Assembly: GCA_048013815.1 (NCBI GenBank)
Contig: CM106585.1
Span: 9,114,001-9,178,000, forward strand
Reading direction: 5' to 3'
Origin: Setoptus koraiensis
Taxonomy: Eukaryota; Animalia; Arthropoda
DNA length: 64,000 nt
The notes beneath the pieces are model-generated. The model was not told the DNA's origin. It worked only from the letters and a program-made list of their open reading frames with translations, and made no database searches. A program made the translations under genes and the position numbers. Position 1 is the stretch's first letter; each line of letters starts with the position of its first letter. Of this stretch, positions 40,053 through 53,133 are shown piece by piece.

Positions 40053-41240
40053 ATGGTCTTAGAGGAGCTAGTTGTTATTATTACATTTATTATAAATGTT
40101 ATAATTGGCCTAATTGAAATTTTACGTAAATTTTTCGCCTCGATCCATGAAGACAACGAAAATCCTTCATTGTATATGTTTATGACGGATACCCGTCGAG
40201 GATATGTAACGAAGTACAATTCAACCAGAGATACATGGACTTATATGATACATGCGCCCAGCACGCTGCATCCCATGTGTGATGCGATTATTGAAGCTGG
40301 ATATGATAGAGTTTGCATCATGAACATTGGAATAAACCGACCCAATCCTGAGAGTGGCCAGTGTAGGATTCGCAACATGAACATTAGAGAAAACCACACG
40401 GTGACCTTCGAGAGTTATCATCCCTCGATCGGATCCCTAGCAGGATACAATGTTCCGACCCTCGAAATTAACATGAGGAGTAGTTGCGCTGCAGTTTTCC
40501 ATCAAGGTTCGCTATATTTCCATGATATCTATTATACCCGATCTGGTGATCGAAGCAGGTTTCGCAAGTTTTCGCGCACGCTTAAAAGGTCTCAAAAGTG
40601 GACACACTGTGCGCCCACATCAACCAAGCGATTTGGATCACAATTAGTGAGTCTGAACAATCATATTTACTCCATTGGAGGCTGCGGTCTCTCAGAGGAG
40701 TCAAGACATTTTAGAACTGTCGAACGCTACGATCCGAATCTTGATATATGGAGATTTGTTGCACCTATGCTCGAGGCGGACGGTTTCATTAAAGCAGCAG
40801 TTCTACAAGGGTGTATCTACGTAGTGGGAAGCAGTCTTACCACAAATGATGATCAGATAAGTCATTTATTCGCGGAAATGTACGATCCGCAATTAGACAC
40901 TTGGACACGGACAGTACTTCCTAGATTTAGAAGAGGAGACGAAGTTGTCAGTTTGACTGCTCTCGATGGTATTCTCTGCGGATTAATCAAGAATCATCAT
41001 GAAGAAGATTACAGATTACTTACACATAATCCCAACATTGGACGGTAAGTGTTTGATATTCACCGTTGAGCTATTTGTTTTCATCAAATTTTTATTATTG
41101 TGTAACACTCATACATCTCTGCCCCATTCCTAACATGTAGCAATTGGTATTGGTATTCAATTCCTCATAACGGAATGAACATTTATCGTCTGCTAGCTTT
41201 ATCATTTGAGGATGAGAACAACTTTAGAGGAATCCAATAA
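40053..41240 (+). CDS. Kelch-repeat (beta-propeller) protein; exons 40053-41044 and 41141-41240
   Basis: Kelch motifs IYSIGG...VERYDPNLDIWRFVAPM, CIYVVG...AEMYDPQLDTW. A 96-nt intron (CG|gtaagt...catgtag|C) extends the last repeat: HNPNIGRNWYWYSIP...RGIQ*. Confidence 0.85.
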
Positions 41241-41263
41241 AAAAAGCTCATGATCTTGATATG

Positions 41264-42000
41264 TCAGTTCAGCGCAACATGATAGAAGGTCGAGAATCTA
41301 GCCAGAAGTTGGAGTGTAACATATTCTGAGTCATTGATTCAATTTACGGCACGTCTTCCATTGTGACCAATGAGGTTGTAAGGTACATAGATACGACAAA
41401 TCTGTTGCGGCCTAGTAATGTGTTGCTCGGCAACAGCAATTCCGAGACAAGTGAAGCTATGAACAATGGCGTATCGCCGCCGAGCATATCGTCCGTCTTG
41501 CGGTCTATTCAATTGACTATACACAACATGTTTTCGTCCGTTAATTTTGGCTCGAGCACGAAGAAGCTTCGATTTTGATCATTCACTGCTGACGAGTGAA
41601 GTATTGTTATTTGGAGACATAATCAGCCAGTGGGAAACTGTGCGACATGTTTCATGCCGGAGGTATTTGAGGTATGAAATTAGATCGAACGGTCGTGACG
41701 GCGGATGTTTGATTCAGTTGGTTGTGCTCTGCTAGGGTAGAATTGAAAATACATCCGCCCAAGTGGGTACAACATCTCGAATCGTGCTGCTTCCAATGGA
41801 GAGCGCATAAAATGGAAAAGTTGGGTGAAATGGCCCATTCTTTTGGCGACCTTAATTACCAAATCAGTGAATCAGTGTTCGTTCAATTCATTGTACTCTG
41901 TTTTTGTCATTGTGACGCGCAGTGTCTTAGTTCTTCGATTTCGACAATGAATAGTGAAAGAAACCCACTTATAATTGGTAGCCAGCGGTTGACATTGCTG
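41264..42000 (-). pseudogene. Decayed GR-like multipass membrane gene
   Basis: Ends YVTLQLLARFSTFYHVALN* (stop 41264-41266). Upstream, stop-interrupted hydrophobic segments (DDMLGGDTPLFIASLVSELLL; RFVVSMYLTTSLV) and LHWKQHDSRCC loosely parallel the 48.9-kb protein. Confidence 0.45.
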
Positions 42001-45000
42001 CCCGTTTGACAACAATACAATACAGAGTAGTAACACAATAGTAGTAAGAGGAGATCCATTTTCTTCTTGCTCGCTTGACGGCCACTGCTACAGGGCTCGA
42101 CAACAATTGCTGGTCCGAGGCCAGAGTTTCAGATCACTCAAGACCCAAGTTTGTCAGTATTTGTTTGTCCAGTTTACTCACCACTTGTGACCGTGATGTT
42201 TATTGTTGACTGTGGGGCCCCCTCGCCACGCACCATATACAATCTTGCCTCTATTGGGCATCTAATTTGTCCCACATTTTCATTCACAGTGTCAGTATCT
42301 GTAAATGGTAATAAGATGGACACTGGCGCAACCAGGCGAACAGACAGCCAGCCGGCCAGACAGACAGACAGTCAGACAGTCGGAGTGCAAGATAGGCAAA
42401 CAAACAAACACTTGGCCAGCGGAGAAAGGGATAAAATTAATATTCAATCTGGAAATATCACCAGGCTTGTCATTATCATGTGAGTAAACAATATTTGCAT
42501 GTTCTTATGGTTAGATTTATTACGCGCAGCCGAGGTTATTTATTTGAAGCGTTGGCGGCCTCAAAGGGTTCGGGCCTGTTCTATCGTTTCATCGAGCTCT
42601 CACTCTTTTTTTGCTGTTCGTCTGGCGAGTCAACTAACCGATATTGTATGCACTTTGCATGCTCTGGATTTCCGCCCAAAATAGAGCCCAATGTTGCAAT
42701 GCAGAAATCTCGCCCTCAACAACATGTACACACATTACACAAGATCAAACACTTTCCCAGCAGCTCTATTTCTCTGAGGCCAAATCCATTGTGCCTCACG
42801 AGTGTCCATGATCGGCCATTTAACCAACTTGCTATTGTCTACAGTCAAACCTAATGGGACGAGGGACGCATTTTGGGCCCGTTTCTATTGCCAGTCACTA
42901 GATACTTCACTTTCTAATACGCGCAATATATCAGAAGAATAATAATAGGAAATCTTCAATTCTCGGTGGCATAGCTCAAGTTCTGGCGGGGCCCCAACGG
43001 TGCGCCAGCGTACAGAGCGGACACAGTAGACAATGGCCACACAATGGAAAGGCCAATGTGTACTGAAGCCAGTCGCGACTTTGTCCACAAATCCTGTTCC
43101 GGATTTGTGCCGGGATGAATTGGGATAAATTTTGCCACTGGCGGGCGTTTTGCTTTGGAAATCTGCGAAAAAACAGCCCATTCACATCGCGACAAGATCT
43201 GAAAGTGTTGGGTTGAAATGGAAAATCGCAACAACACTTGCCGGCAAGCCTGTCCCCGGCCCAGAATCAGATTTCGCACGGGCAGAGCATGATTGCCAAT
43301 TGGTGGCCCGTTTATTGCGTGGCCTCTCAATGAAGACAACAAATTGTTGCCTAAAAAGTGATTGGCCGCTTGGCTTTTTTCCCTCTCATTAATAACAATT
43401 TGTTATATATAACCAACTTGTGTTGTGTAGTAGTTGCCGCTGCGCAATTAATGAGTCTATTAGTCGATTAGCCTGGGGTCGCCAAGCCAATGAATGGTGT
43501 CGCCGGTTTTATTTTATGCGCTCGCTCTCTGTTTGCCTCTCATTATTGCCCTGGTTAGAACCTTTTGGGCACCTTATATAATACAAGTTGCATTGAATTG
43601 GGCCCAATGCAGATTTGTATATTGCATGTGAGTTTGACATGAATGAGGGGACAAAAAAGAGCCAACGGAGACGACACAACAACAACAATGTAATCATGCC
43701 ATAGCAACGTTATTGCTGTTGTGCTTTATTTGGTGCTCCGAAAAGAAGCACGACCGATGGCCCGCTTCTGGCCACTGCTCAAATGAACGTTCAGTGGAAA
43801 AAGAGAGAAAGAGAGCGGGGCCCCAACACATTTGTTACTTAATAATTATGACTTGGTCCGCAAGTTGTAGTTGGCGCGCTGCGTCCACACGCGGCCACCA
43901 AATACCCCAAGGGCACATGCCGGCAGAGAGTAGATAGTGGGGCCTTATTGCTGTTTGATTTGATTCATCTGTTTAGTTGGGCCCCTGGAACGTATCGAAT
44001 CTTAAGTATTTCCTCTGGTCTCTTTTTTAAAGCCCGTCTTGTCTTAATATGTTGGCCCGGCGAAAGTTGCGGGTGGCATTTCGAACACCTACCGTGTGCA
44101 CTGTGGCCAAACAAAACGACAGAGTGCTCTTTGCAGCGGCAAATGCGTGCCAAAGATTGCATGATTATGTGACCTCACCAGGTCACTTGAGGCCCCACGA
44201 GAAGCCACCGGGATACTCGCCAAGAGGCCAAGATAATAACTTGCAGTCCGATGCTAGAAAGAAACTGAACCGCTCTATCGCTATTGCGAAGGTATCCCGT
44301 AGGCACTTAATCACCGGGCGATGAAGTTGCCAAGTCGGAGCGAGCGTGCACCGCAATTGCTCACATGATGACAATATGGCTTGTTGTGTACAATATGGTT
44401 GTCGTCGTTACGACACGCTGTGGCTTCGCTGGCGTTGATCGGACTCGGCAAGACCGTCAGTTTCGGCCAGTGTCCAGTCGCTGTGACACTGAGCCCGGAT
44501 TTATTTCAACTCGGGGCTTAGTATTTGCTACTCGCTATCACGTTGTCCACCTGTCCAGCTGGATAATATAACTCGATACACACGCACTGGTCAGCAGGTC
44601 GCAGCTTTTCGTTAGAATAAAAGGAAGGCCATGTTAATGACAGTTGCACAACAATAACAAACACGACGACACCACACAATACTCTATCGGCTCAGACGGG
44701 ATCACATAGGTCACATGGGCACGGGCGTAAGCTCACTCATAGACTATTATTGAGCTGATGATCCCACAACAATGATCAATATCGCACCTAACTGATAGTT
44801 GCACCGAAACCGTTGTCATTATCGTCATGTTAATAATATATTGTATATACTTACACTAGTTCCCGTTGTCTAGAAACAATCAGCTAAATTGCGTCGGACA
44901 AGCTGCCGATAAAGGCTGACCGTTTGTACGGTCAGCCGGCCCGCACTGGTTCGGGTGCGATTACTGTGACCGCCTTGATAGTATCAAGTTGATACTGATC

Positions 45001-45014
45001 GAGCGCTTGAGTTT

Positions 45015-45095
45015 CAAAATCTCGCGGATATCCGCCAAAAAAAAGTCATCCAGTCAGAAAAATCCCACGGGCTGCGAAATATCCGCGGGATTGCA
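45015..45095. repeat. Palindrome and hairpin cluster at an island edge
   Basis: gcggatatccgc palindrome and a near-perfect inverted pair aatcccacgg...ccgcgggatt. Confidence 0.5.
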
Positions 45096-46859
45096 CGTAC
45101 GAATGTGCTCGGGCTCATCGCTATGATGACATATTATTTTAACATCAAGACAGAGTGGTGTTTCGGTGTGCAGCAGAAGAGGCAGAATGGTCTACAACGA
45201 AAATCTAGGGCCGATGTAAGGTCTGCACACTAATGAATGGGATGAGTTCTCGAATTCCGCGAACTGAAACGTGCCCCATTTATTAGTGTGCGTACATTAT
45301 GTGGCAGCACCAAGCGACCCTTCTGGCTGCCGAGCTGTCATTAGTAGACCGTTCACAATGTCTGATCAGATACTTCGGGTGAGTGCCAAACCAGCCATAG
45401 AAGTTGGCCCCTGAAATGGGACTCTCTGGCGTTGACCTTTGTATGAAGTTGTATTCTCTCACGGCTCGATAAGAGATGTGCCAAGATTGGGCCATTCGAG
45501 GGCCTGGGTGCGATACCAGCTACAACGCGTATGAATGAATCAGGCAAATCTGGTGCAAGTCAATAAATAATGTGCATGTTGGTTCTCTGTCGAATGATTA
45601 ATGGACTTTATTTAGATGTTGACTTTGTGAATCCACAATTTGCAACGACTTCAGATATACGAGTACATATGCTATTTGATGAAGCTCTAGCTACACTGAC
45701 AACACATTCATAGCCGATACAAGCATAGTGTGTAGATTGATTCATTGATCACGAAATGAAATCAAAATATGTATAAATAAATGAAAAAAAGAGAACAGCC
45801 TAGTGAGAGGTTTCTCGGTGGTTCCCCCCGGAACTGAGCGAGAGTCCGAATTCTGAGATTTGTAAGTAAGCGCCGAAGAAAACATTAACAAGTGGGTTAA
45901 CAAGTGTGAACATAGCAACCGCCCAGGATTCAACAACGGCAACATGATACGTGGGTGAAATTTAATGTTTCATCAACTTTGCTGAAATAATAACTGAAAT
46001 AATAAGTTATTATCACCCACCTCCTAGACGCACTAACAGAGCCTCACATCCTCTGAGGATCATCCTCAGCATTCCGCGCGCATCCCACCATTTTAGTATC
46101 CGTCATCATTAGGCCTTAATTAAAACCAATACCCATTATTGAAAATAACGACCAAGTCTCTGTCCATTCTTCTTGTTGCTTTACAAAAACAACGAAGCTT
46201 CAGCTGTCAGGTTGTTTGTCGAGCGTCAATCAAGCACCGAACGTGACCCGTCATGATCTCTATGTCTGTTGGCACCAATAAGTAGTAGCAGCTGCTGAGA
46301 TCACCTTCAAATCGATAGTGCTGACTAATCTGTTCGGCCGAGCGACTAAGCGCCTAGAAATATATCATTACATCACCGTCCGGTGTCGTCGTTGCATTAC
46401 AATGGCCGTTCAATGGCGCTACGTGTTGTGTCCCCACGAAGCTACCTCGTTAGCGTTGTTGCTATTGTGAGTGAGTGAGTTTGTTGAACTAGACAAAATT
46501 GTGTTTGTTGACACTTATCAGCTCAAATAAACACCAAATCTGGTGTACAAAGAGAGGGGGAGAGAGAGATAGAGCGATAGAGCACAAGCCTATAGAACGA
46601 CAAATGAGACTAGTAGTAGAAATTGTGTCGAAAATAACAAACAAGAACAAGATACATTCGTCATTCTAGTGCTTGGTATTTGCCGAAATGTGTCTCGCCC
46701 AAAAGAAGATGCGCGAAATGTGAGCGGCAAGAAACAAATTTGGCGACCGTTGCTTGTATGATGAGTGCAGAGATAGACAAACGTCTATATGACATCGGAT
46801 TGATAGATGATACGATAATGTCAATATATTAATGGTTTGTTACGTTCCTACACAAAGCC

Positions 46860-47300
46860 CGCTCCGTTTCCATTCGCGAACGATTTCATTCGCAACGATC
46901 CGATCCGTTACGATCGGGAAAAAAAGATTTGATTCGAAACGATTGGAGACCATTCGGTCCGAAACGATACAATAAATATGATACAGACTACGCTGAGAAT
47001 GATCCGGCTCGACATACCAATTCTGCGAACAGTAGTTCGTGCTTGCGGGCTCAACATCGGGTCACCTATTCCAGTCGGAAAAACTCACTCATATATATAT
47101 ACAAAAATATGTACGATACTGGACGACTCACGGACTGGATGGTCGGCAGAATGGAAAGCAGCGATTGGTTGCGCCAAATAGCGACTCATCCTCTATTTAC
47201 TTATCGAAAAATGGTCCCCAGAGATATGGACCATAAATTATCACGATGGCGAATTCTTTTCAAAATCCAATTTCGATCAACTCTAGTGGTATAAATTATC
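46860..47300. mobile_element. Possible non-autonomous DNA-transposon remnant
   Basis: Dense (a)acgat / cgatcc subterminal-like motifs at 46860-46970 and an end tttcgatcaactcta near 47290. A matching left TIR was not found. Confidence 0.25.
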
Positions 47301-48943
47301 ATGGTTAGATTTTTTATATAGACAATTTATCTATTTATTAGTCTCTTTCGGTCTCAGTTGCTAGATGTGATCTGCCCTCTCTCCCTCACTACTTCTGACT
47401 TGGTTAAATCAAGATGACAGATTAAGATAGATTATGACTGTATAAAGCAACTAAACTATGGCAGCCGGCAGCTCAGATTCTTTGATTGGATATTTCCGTT
47501 CTCTCTATTCAACGAACGTCCAAAGAACCATTTCAGAGGCCCAGTTTTCGTGTCAGCTAAGTCGATTGGGTTGGCTAGCAAAACTAATAATAGGTTTCAC
47601 TAGTATCATCGTGAACATCAAATTTGGTCCGTTGCTCTCAGCCCATCACGGGTCGGCCCCAAAGCCATTGCTTTTGTTGTTGCTGATAGCGTATGGTTCA
47701 ATCGTGACAGTGTCATGGCAAACAAACGATCGTATTCTTTGTACAGCAAATATGTGTTTGTGTAGTCCATCGATGTTCAAGGCCAACACCCCTGTTAGGG
47801 CGGCCAGCCGAAAACTAAAATTTTGTTTCTGCTTTTGGTTTGCATTACGTTTTCCAGAGTCACAACATCAATAATAATGAATTGAACATGTTATGCAATC
47901 AATTACAACAAATGATTGATGCAAGATCCTCTGCCAAAAACCATCTGAGTAAAAGGAATCCATTCCAAAATGCAATCAGTTGTGATCTTATCACATCCAT
48001 TTCGATGACAATGATACATAGCAAAAAGTTAGGACAGAACCTTTCCAGAAAATATTCGCATGAAAAATCGCGTGCAGACAACAATTTTTTTTTCACATAT
48101 GCCATTTCCAGACGGATGTATATTTAGTCTGGTGCATCAGGATTTTTCTTGCTTCGATCGATTTTCAATCAGAATGCAATCTATGTTCATATCACACGAC
48201 TTATTACACAACAGTTCCAACGAAATAGAATAGAAAAAATGCAGAAAAAAGACCCTCAGAAAACAAATGATGTGGAAAAGCAACCTGGGACGTGAGAATA
48301 GGAACATAAATAGTGGACTCTAAAAATCCTTGGTCAAAATTCATTCTAATTCAACAAGCTTCTAGAGTCGAGACGATGAGAATTCGAAAATACCTGGTAT
48401 TTACCTGATCGATAGAGCGCGATATTGCTAAACTCGAACCGCCAAATCCATTTTTATATTGACTGTGCTAACTGATTCCGGTGTTTACTTATGACATTTT
48501 TCAAAGTAAGCCTAGCCATTTCGTTGATGCATGCGATGAAATTCAGTGTGACCTAAGCTAAATGTTGACATAAGTTGACGCAGCTTGTATGCGGATATTG
48601 AAATAAGTTGGGTTCACCTTACTATCCAGATTGGTCACGAATGGCGTGATCATATCTATCACCTCAATTGCTCAAAACAATCATTAATCTTGAATGACTC
48701 TTATACATACATAAATATGTATTCTATTTATGTATGTATAAGAGTCGCTTATATTTTTTGGGTTTCATTGTACTGATTTTTTGTTGGTTCAATCATGATA
48801 GGAATTTGTACAACACACAAGTTATTGAATGAGAAACTGTTTAGAAAACATATCGAAACTACTCAGACTCAATAGATTTGATTACTCAACATTGTAGATA
48901 TTGAATTTCATTAGTGATCGAAAGCAAAGATAATCAACTCATC

Positions 48944-51069
48944 ATGGCCTCAATTATCATATCTGCATGGAGTTATCCGTTGCACGTGTTCGACTACTTT
49001 CTATTCGTTTTACGTAATGTTAACTACTCATGGATAGCCTATTATTATGACAGCAAATACGGTACTGGAAAACGTGTGATTAGTGTCATGATGAAGAATT
49101 CCTCGGCAACTCGACTATATTTTCATTTCTTCCAAACACTGGCACTGTTTGTCGGATGTGTGCAGCATTTTTATAATGGATTTACAGTTTACAGACATCT
49201 AGCCATCGACGAAGATCAACTATGGGAAACATACGTGACACAAAATGATAGTGAGACAGAATCAAAATGGTATTTTGTCTTAGTTGATATAATCATCAAA
49301 ATTTTTACTTACAATAATTTCTACGGCACTGGCGAGCATAGCAGAAGAATCAATATAATAGGTTTCACAATCACATTCCAAGCTTTAATTCGAAGACTTT
49401 ATTTTTCACTTAGGAGGCAATATGAACACTCAAACCAGCAAATCATAGACATCAATTTGATTTCTTCCAACACAAGCTCAAACAAACAAGAAACTAGCAA
49501 TAATATTACTGACAACAACGACGGGAATAATCGCCCCAATAACACTATTATAAGGTACATTGAGCATGTTAACGTTCCAAAAATGACACTCCTAGAATAT
49601 ATCAAGCATTGCGCACTTCTGCGACCACTGAGTGATCAAATTTCACAGAAATATCCAATTTTAAGAGATTTAACAGATGAACAAGAAATGCAAATAGATC
49701 TAACTGCGATCCATCAAAAAAATGCTTTCGTATGTAGGGCAAAACCCATAAAACTTATCTATGCAACTTTAATAGTTATTTGTTCTGGCCTGGTTTTATT
49801 ACCTGTTGGCATAATAGTTACAGCGAAATTTGTAGCATATTATCATGGGAATTTTCGAATTGCGTCTATCAAGGATTTATGCTATGAATTCTTAAAAATA
49901 GCATTTTATTTAAATTTCTCTACCTCTACGTTCCTGTCATACTTTGACTCATGGTTATGTTTCTCCGTGTGTCGAATCCTAGCGGATCGTCAAGACATTC
50001 TTGAACGTCAGATGGCACAGTGCGTTGAAAGTTGTCGAGCTTGGCGCATTGATTTTTGTGAAGATAAGAATGCAATAAGAGGAAGAAATTATATCCACTC
50101 AGCAACTCCGAGTCGACTGTATGTATCATTATGGAAACACAGCGAAAGATATTGCAGCAGCAGAGTCGCCTCGAGTGATCAGCACGCAGTGGAGGACATT
50201 CATGGCAACAATTATGGCATCAATACATTCAAACGCGATAAATTAGATACTATTATCAGTTTCACTTCACTGCCAATAGAAATAAAGCAAGCAGCTGAAC
50301 TCGATATAGAGTGCCGGAGGCTCATAATTGCGCTTCATCAATTAATATTCGAATTCCAACAGATTAAATTAATTTTCGAAGGCGACGCAATGTTGGACGT
50401 GACAAGCGCCTTCCTCTCAATAGCCTGGTTCACCAAGATGATTGTCGAATCGTACAAATGTTACAATTGTCCCCAGATATTTATTGTTAACGGCATGACT
50501 GTCTTTATTGTACTATGTTACATTTTGGAACTAGTGGTCAGAATGATCGGCATGGCTGCCATATCGCAAAAAGTAAGCGTGCACACCAATCTCATGGACA
50601 TCCATAGATCTCTTTCGGATGCATCTCCAAATACCAGATACCTCATACGGCCAAACTTCTGGCTCACTCGCAGTCCGAACAACCCCTTCATTCGACTAAT
50701 AATGAACTTCTTTTGGTACTTAACTCTTCCATCGACTCATTTATTTTGATATTTTGTTTTTTGTTGCATGATTAATAACAATAATTAAGTTCAAGAATAT
50801 TGAATGCAGATTAACCATGCTGTTGGTGCAGCAACACTTGACGCCTCGAACAAGGGGAGTCTGGCTTTCGAAAACTCTGAGTCACCTTAGAAGCAGTAAT
50901 GTGACATCGCTAATTCTTTTTAATATCCTGCCATTAACGTACGAATATTTACCCGTTGTAAGTAACACTCGCTAGTTAGTTATATTTGCCTAACTGTAGC
51001 GTCCAGGTAGCTGCGATCTATACAATTCTTTACTTTTGCCGTGTTATTGTGTCGCCAACGATTCGATAG
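48944..51069 (+). CDS. Divergent gustatory-receptor-like 7TM chemoreceptor; predicted exons 48944-50572, 50796-50957, 51007-51069
   Basis: 611-codon ORF with multiple TM segments and a long loop before the last TMs. A phase-0 donor AAA|gtaagc lies at 50572. The 54-codon exon 2 (ttcaag|...GTT|gtaagt) and a 49-nt intron with a cctaac branch site give the C-terminus LPLTYEYLPV|VAAIYTILYFCRVIVSPTIR*. First ATG is 48944; an upstream exon is possible. Confidence 0.65.
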
Positions 51070-51099
51070 GTCGTCCGTACAAACACTTCCAATCAAAAT

Positions 51100-51970
51100 A
51101 TTGTGACAGGTGAACATGACTGAGCTGCAATCTTCGCCACACTCTGTTTGATTTTAACCAACTAATAACAATCATTGAATTAATCGTTTTCGATAACTTT
51201 TACTCCATTTTCAGATTATGGTCTGGCTAACAACAGCGGTCTATACGTTTCTCGAATTCACGAATGATTTCCAATCATCTGCTGATAAATAGAACACACC
51301 AAACTCGAGAGATACAGTGATACAACATGCAACGGCTGAGAATTATAATTCAATTCGGCAGTGGAATCATTTTAGACCCGCTTAAAATCATTTTTGGATC
51401 GGTCCTTTAGCCAATACAGCATTTACACTCTCCTCATAAATTTGATCATGGCAGAGAGTCCAAAGCTTGATTAGAACACTGGTACCAAGCACATCATCGC
51501 CATGGGTGCACAATCTTTGATCAGTTATACAGTATACAAATCTCCACTTTGATCTGGTCTGGTAATTGTGCAAATCAAGCGGTTGCACAGCCTTGATTCA
51601 CGGATCAAGGTCTTTTATGTTTTTTTTCGGAAAATTTCAGACTGACATATAGCGAAACTGCTCATCCATCGTTTAGTGTAGCATAGTGAAATAAGCTCAA
51701 AAAATTGTCATTGTAAAATACTTTAATAGTAAAACGCAACCTGTTGATTCAGAATTTAGGTTGTATCACGCTATACCTTTCGCTAGATTCAGATCGAATG
51801 ACCGACTTAGACGAGTAATTTGACAATGGCAAAGTTCTGGAATGCCCAAGTAAATTGCCAATCGTCGGTGACATTTCGGAGAAACTCTGCTCGAGGTACA
51901 CATGAATAGATGTTCGAGATGATGGATAGATTCCAACTGTTGAGCTCATTTCTATATCGAGTCTCAATCA
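51100..51970 (-). pseudogene. Possible BTB-BACK relic
   Basis: DDVLGTS...DQIYEESVNAVLAKGPIQ resembles the BACK consensus (D.L.V..EE.V..AVL.W), with frameshifted BTB-like pieces upstream. The antisense frame also looks protein-like. Confidence 0.3.
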
Positions 51971-51999
51971 TGACTCATGATTCAGGAGCAAAAAATTCA

Positions 52000-53133
52000 A
52001 TAATTGCCGCAAAAATGGTTATGAGGAGGTTAATTTCAAGCAAAAGAGAGTAAATGTTGTCAAAATCGGATCAGAATACACATTTTCGTAGCTTCAGCGT
52101 GAAGTTACTGAAGGGTAAGAGAAAGTCAGCGACATGATAAAAGTATGATAAAATGTTTAATGAATGTAAAATAAAAAGTTGATTGATATTGAATCGCTAA
52201 GTAAGCAACTTTTCGTCACACCGACCTGAAGTATCTTCGTCACTGCTTAATTCACTGGTGTTCTATCAACGCAAATCATGGTTGTAATTGAGGTTCGTTT
52301 ACAATCCGATCGACTGGTGAAATAGCGTTTATTGTACGTGCTATATGGAAAATACGACCTCCTAGTCGCATGACAATTTTGAACTCTCAGCTCCATTTCA
52401 ATGAGCACGATGGATGCATCGCATCCACCAGCTAGATGTTCCCATCCTCTTCTTTATGATTCTAATCAGTATTTTCTAGAGACAGAATTTGAGAATCTAG
52501 ATATTTATTTTAGTGAGAGTCATGCAAAAAGAATCCCTCTCCGCTGCAGGATCCATCGCGCCAGCATCAAGAGGTCCTTATCATACACAGATTAATGGAT
52601 TGAAAAACATTTCTTCGGAAAAGGCTGCCGTTTGCATCAGATAGATAGATGAGGTGCTGACATGAATAAATAGAGCACGTTTCAACTCGTAGAATTTGAG
52701 CATGACCAATTTATTTATGACCATACATTTTTTTCGAGAGAAAAACACTATACGATTGAGGAATAGAAATTGTCAAGGTTCGACATGAAATATGATCTCG
52801 AACACGATTCGTTCACTGTTGATTCTTCGTACATGAACACCATTACATGAACGACATTGATCGTCTCAGATGTAGTCCGAGTCGAATAGAGCCAGGCGAT
52901 AGCGGATTAACGTTAGATTCGCGTGAATTTGTGTCATTATCCGTGCTACTGCATTCAACGAAAGTAAATTGGCAAATCAAGGCAATTGGCAAAACACCTT
53001 TTCCATTTACTGAAATTTGCGACCCAAATTTTCGCCTCATCCAGCGAATACTTTTATCCTCAACTAGTAAATTTCAGATGAGTCTTGAAATCACCAGTTG
53101 ACCATTGACATCCCAAACAAATTCGGCTCGATA
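52000..53133 (+). pseudogene. Decayed coding-like sequence truncated by the gap
   Basis: ORF fragments 52401-52595 and 52847-53101 are linked through stop- and frameshift-interrupted protein-like sequence. Confidence 0.25.

Noticed and set aside
41420-41500. GDTPLFIA resembling an ankyrin repeat
   Set aside because: Single instance in a hydrophobic context better explained as a TM segment of the GR-like remnant.
42955-43040. tRNA-like 5' segment ggtggcatagctcaag
   Set aside because: No TTCRA T-loop or consistent cloverleaf downstream.
43075-43215. ILFRICAGMNW resembling a channel pore helix
   Set aside because: Short match between stops, with no supporting splice sites or neighbouring channel exons.
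44183-44374. AIAIERF resembling a GPCR DRY motif
   Set aside because: No preceding TM3-like hydrophobic helix and no other rhodopsin motifs nearby.
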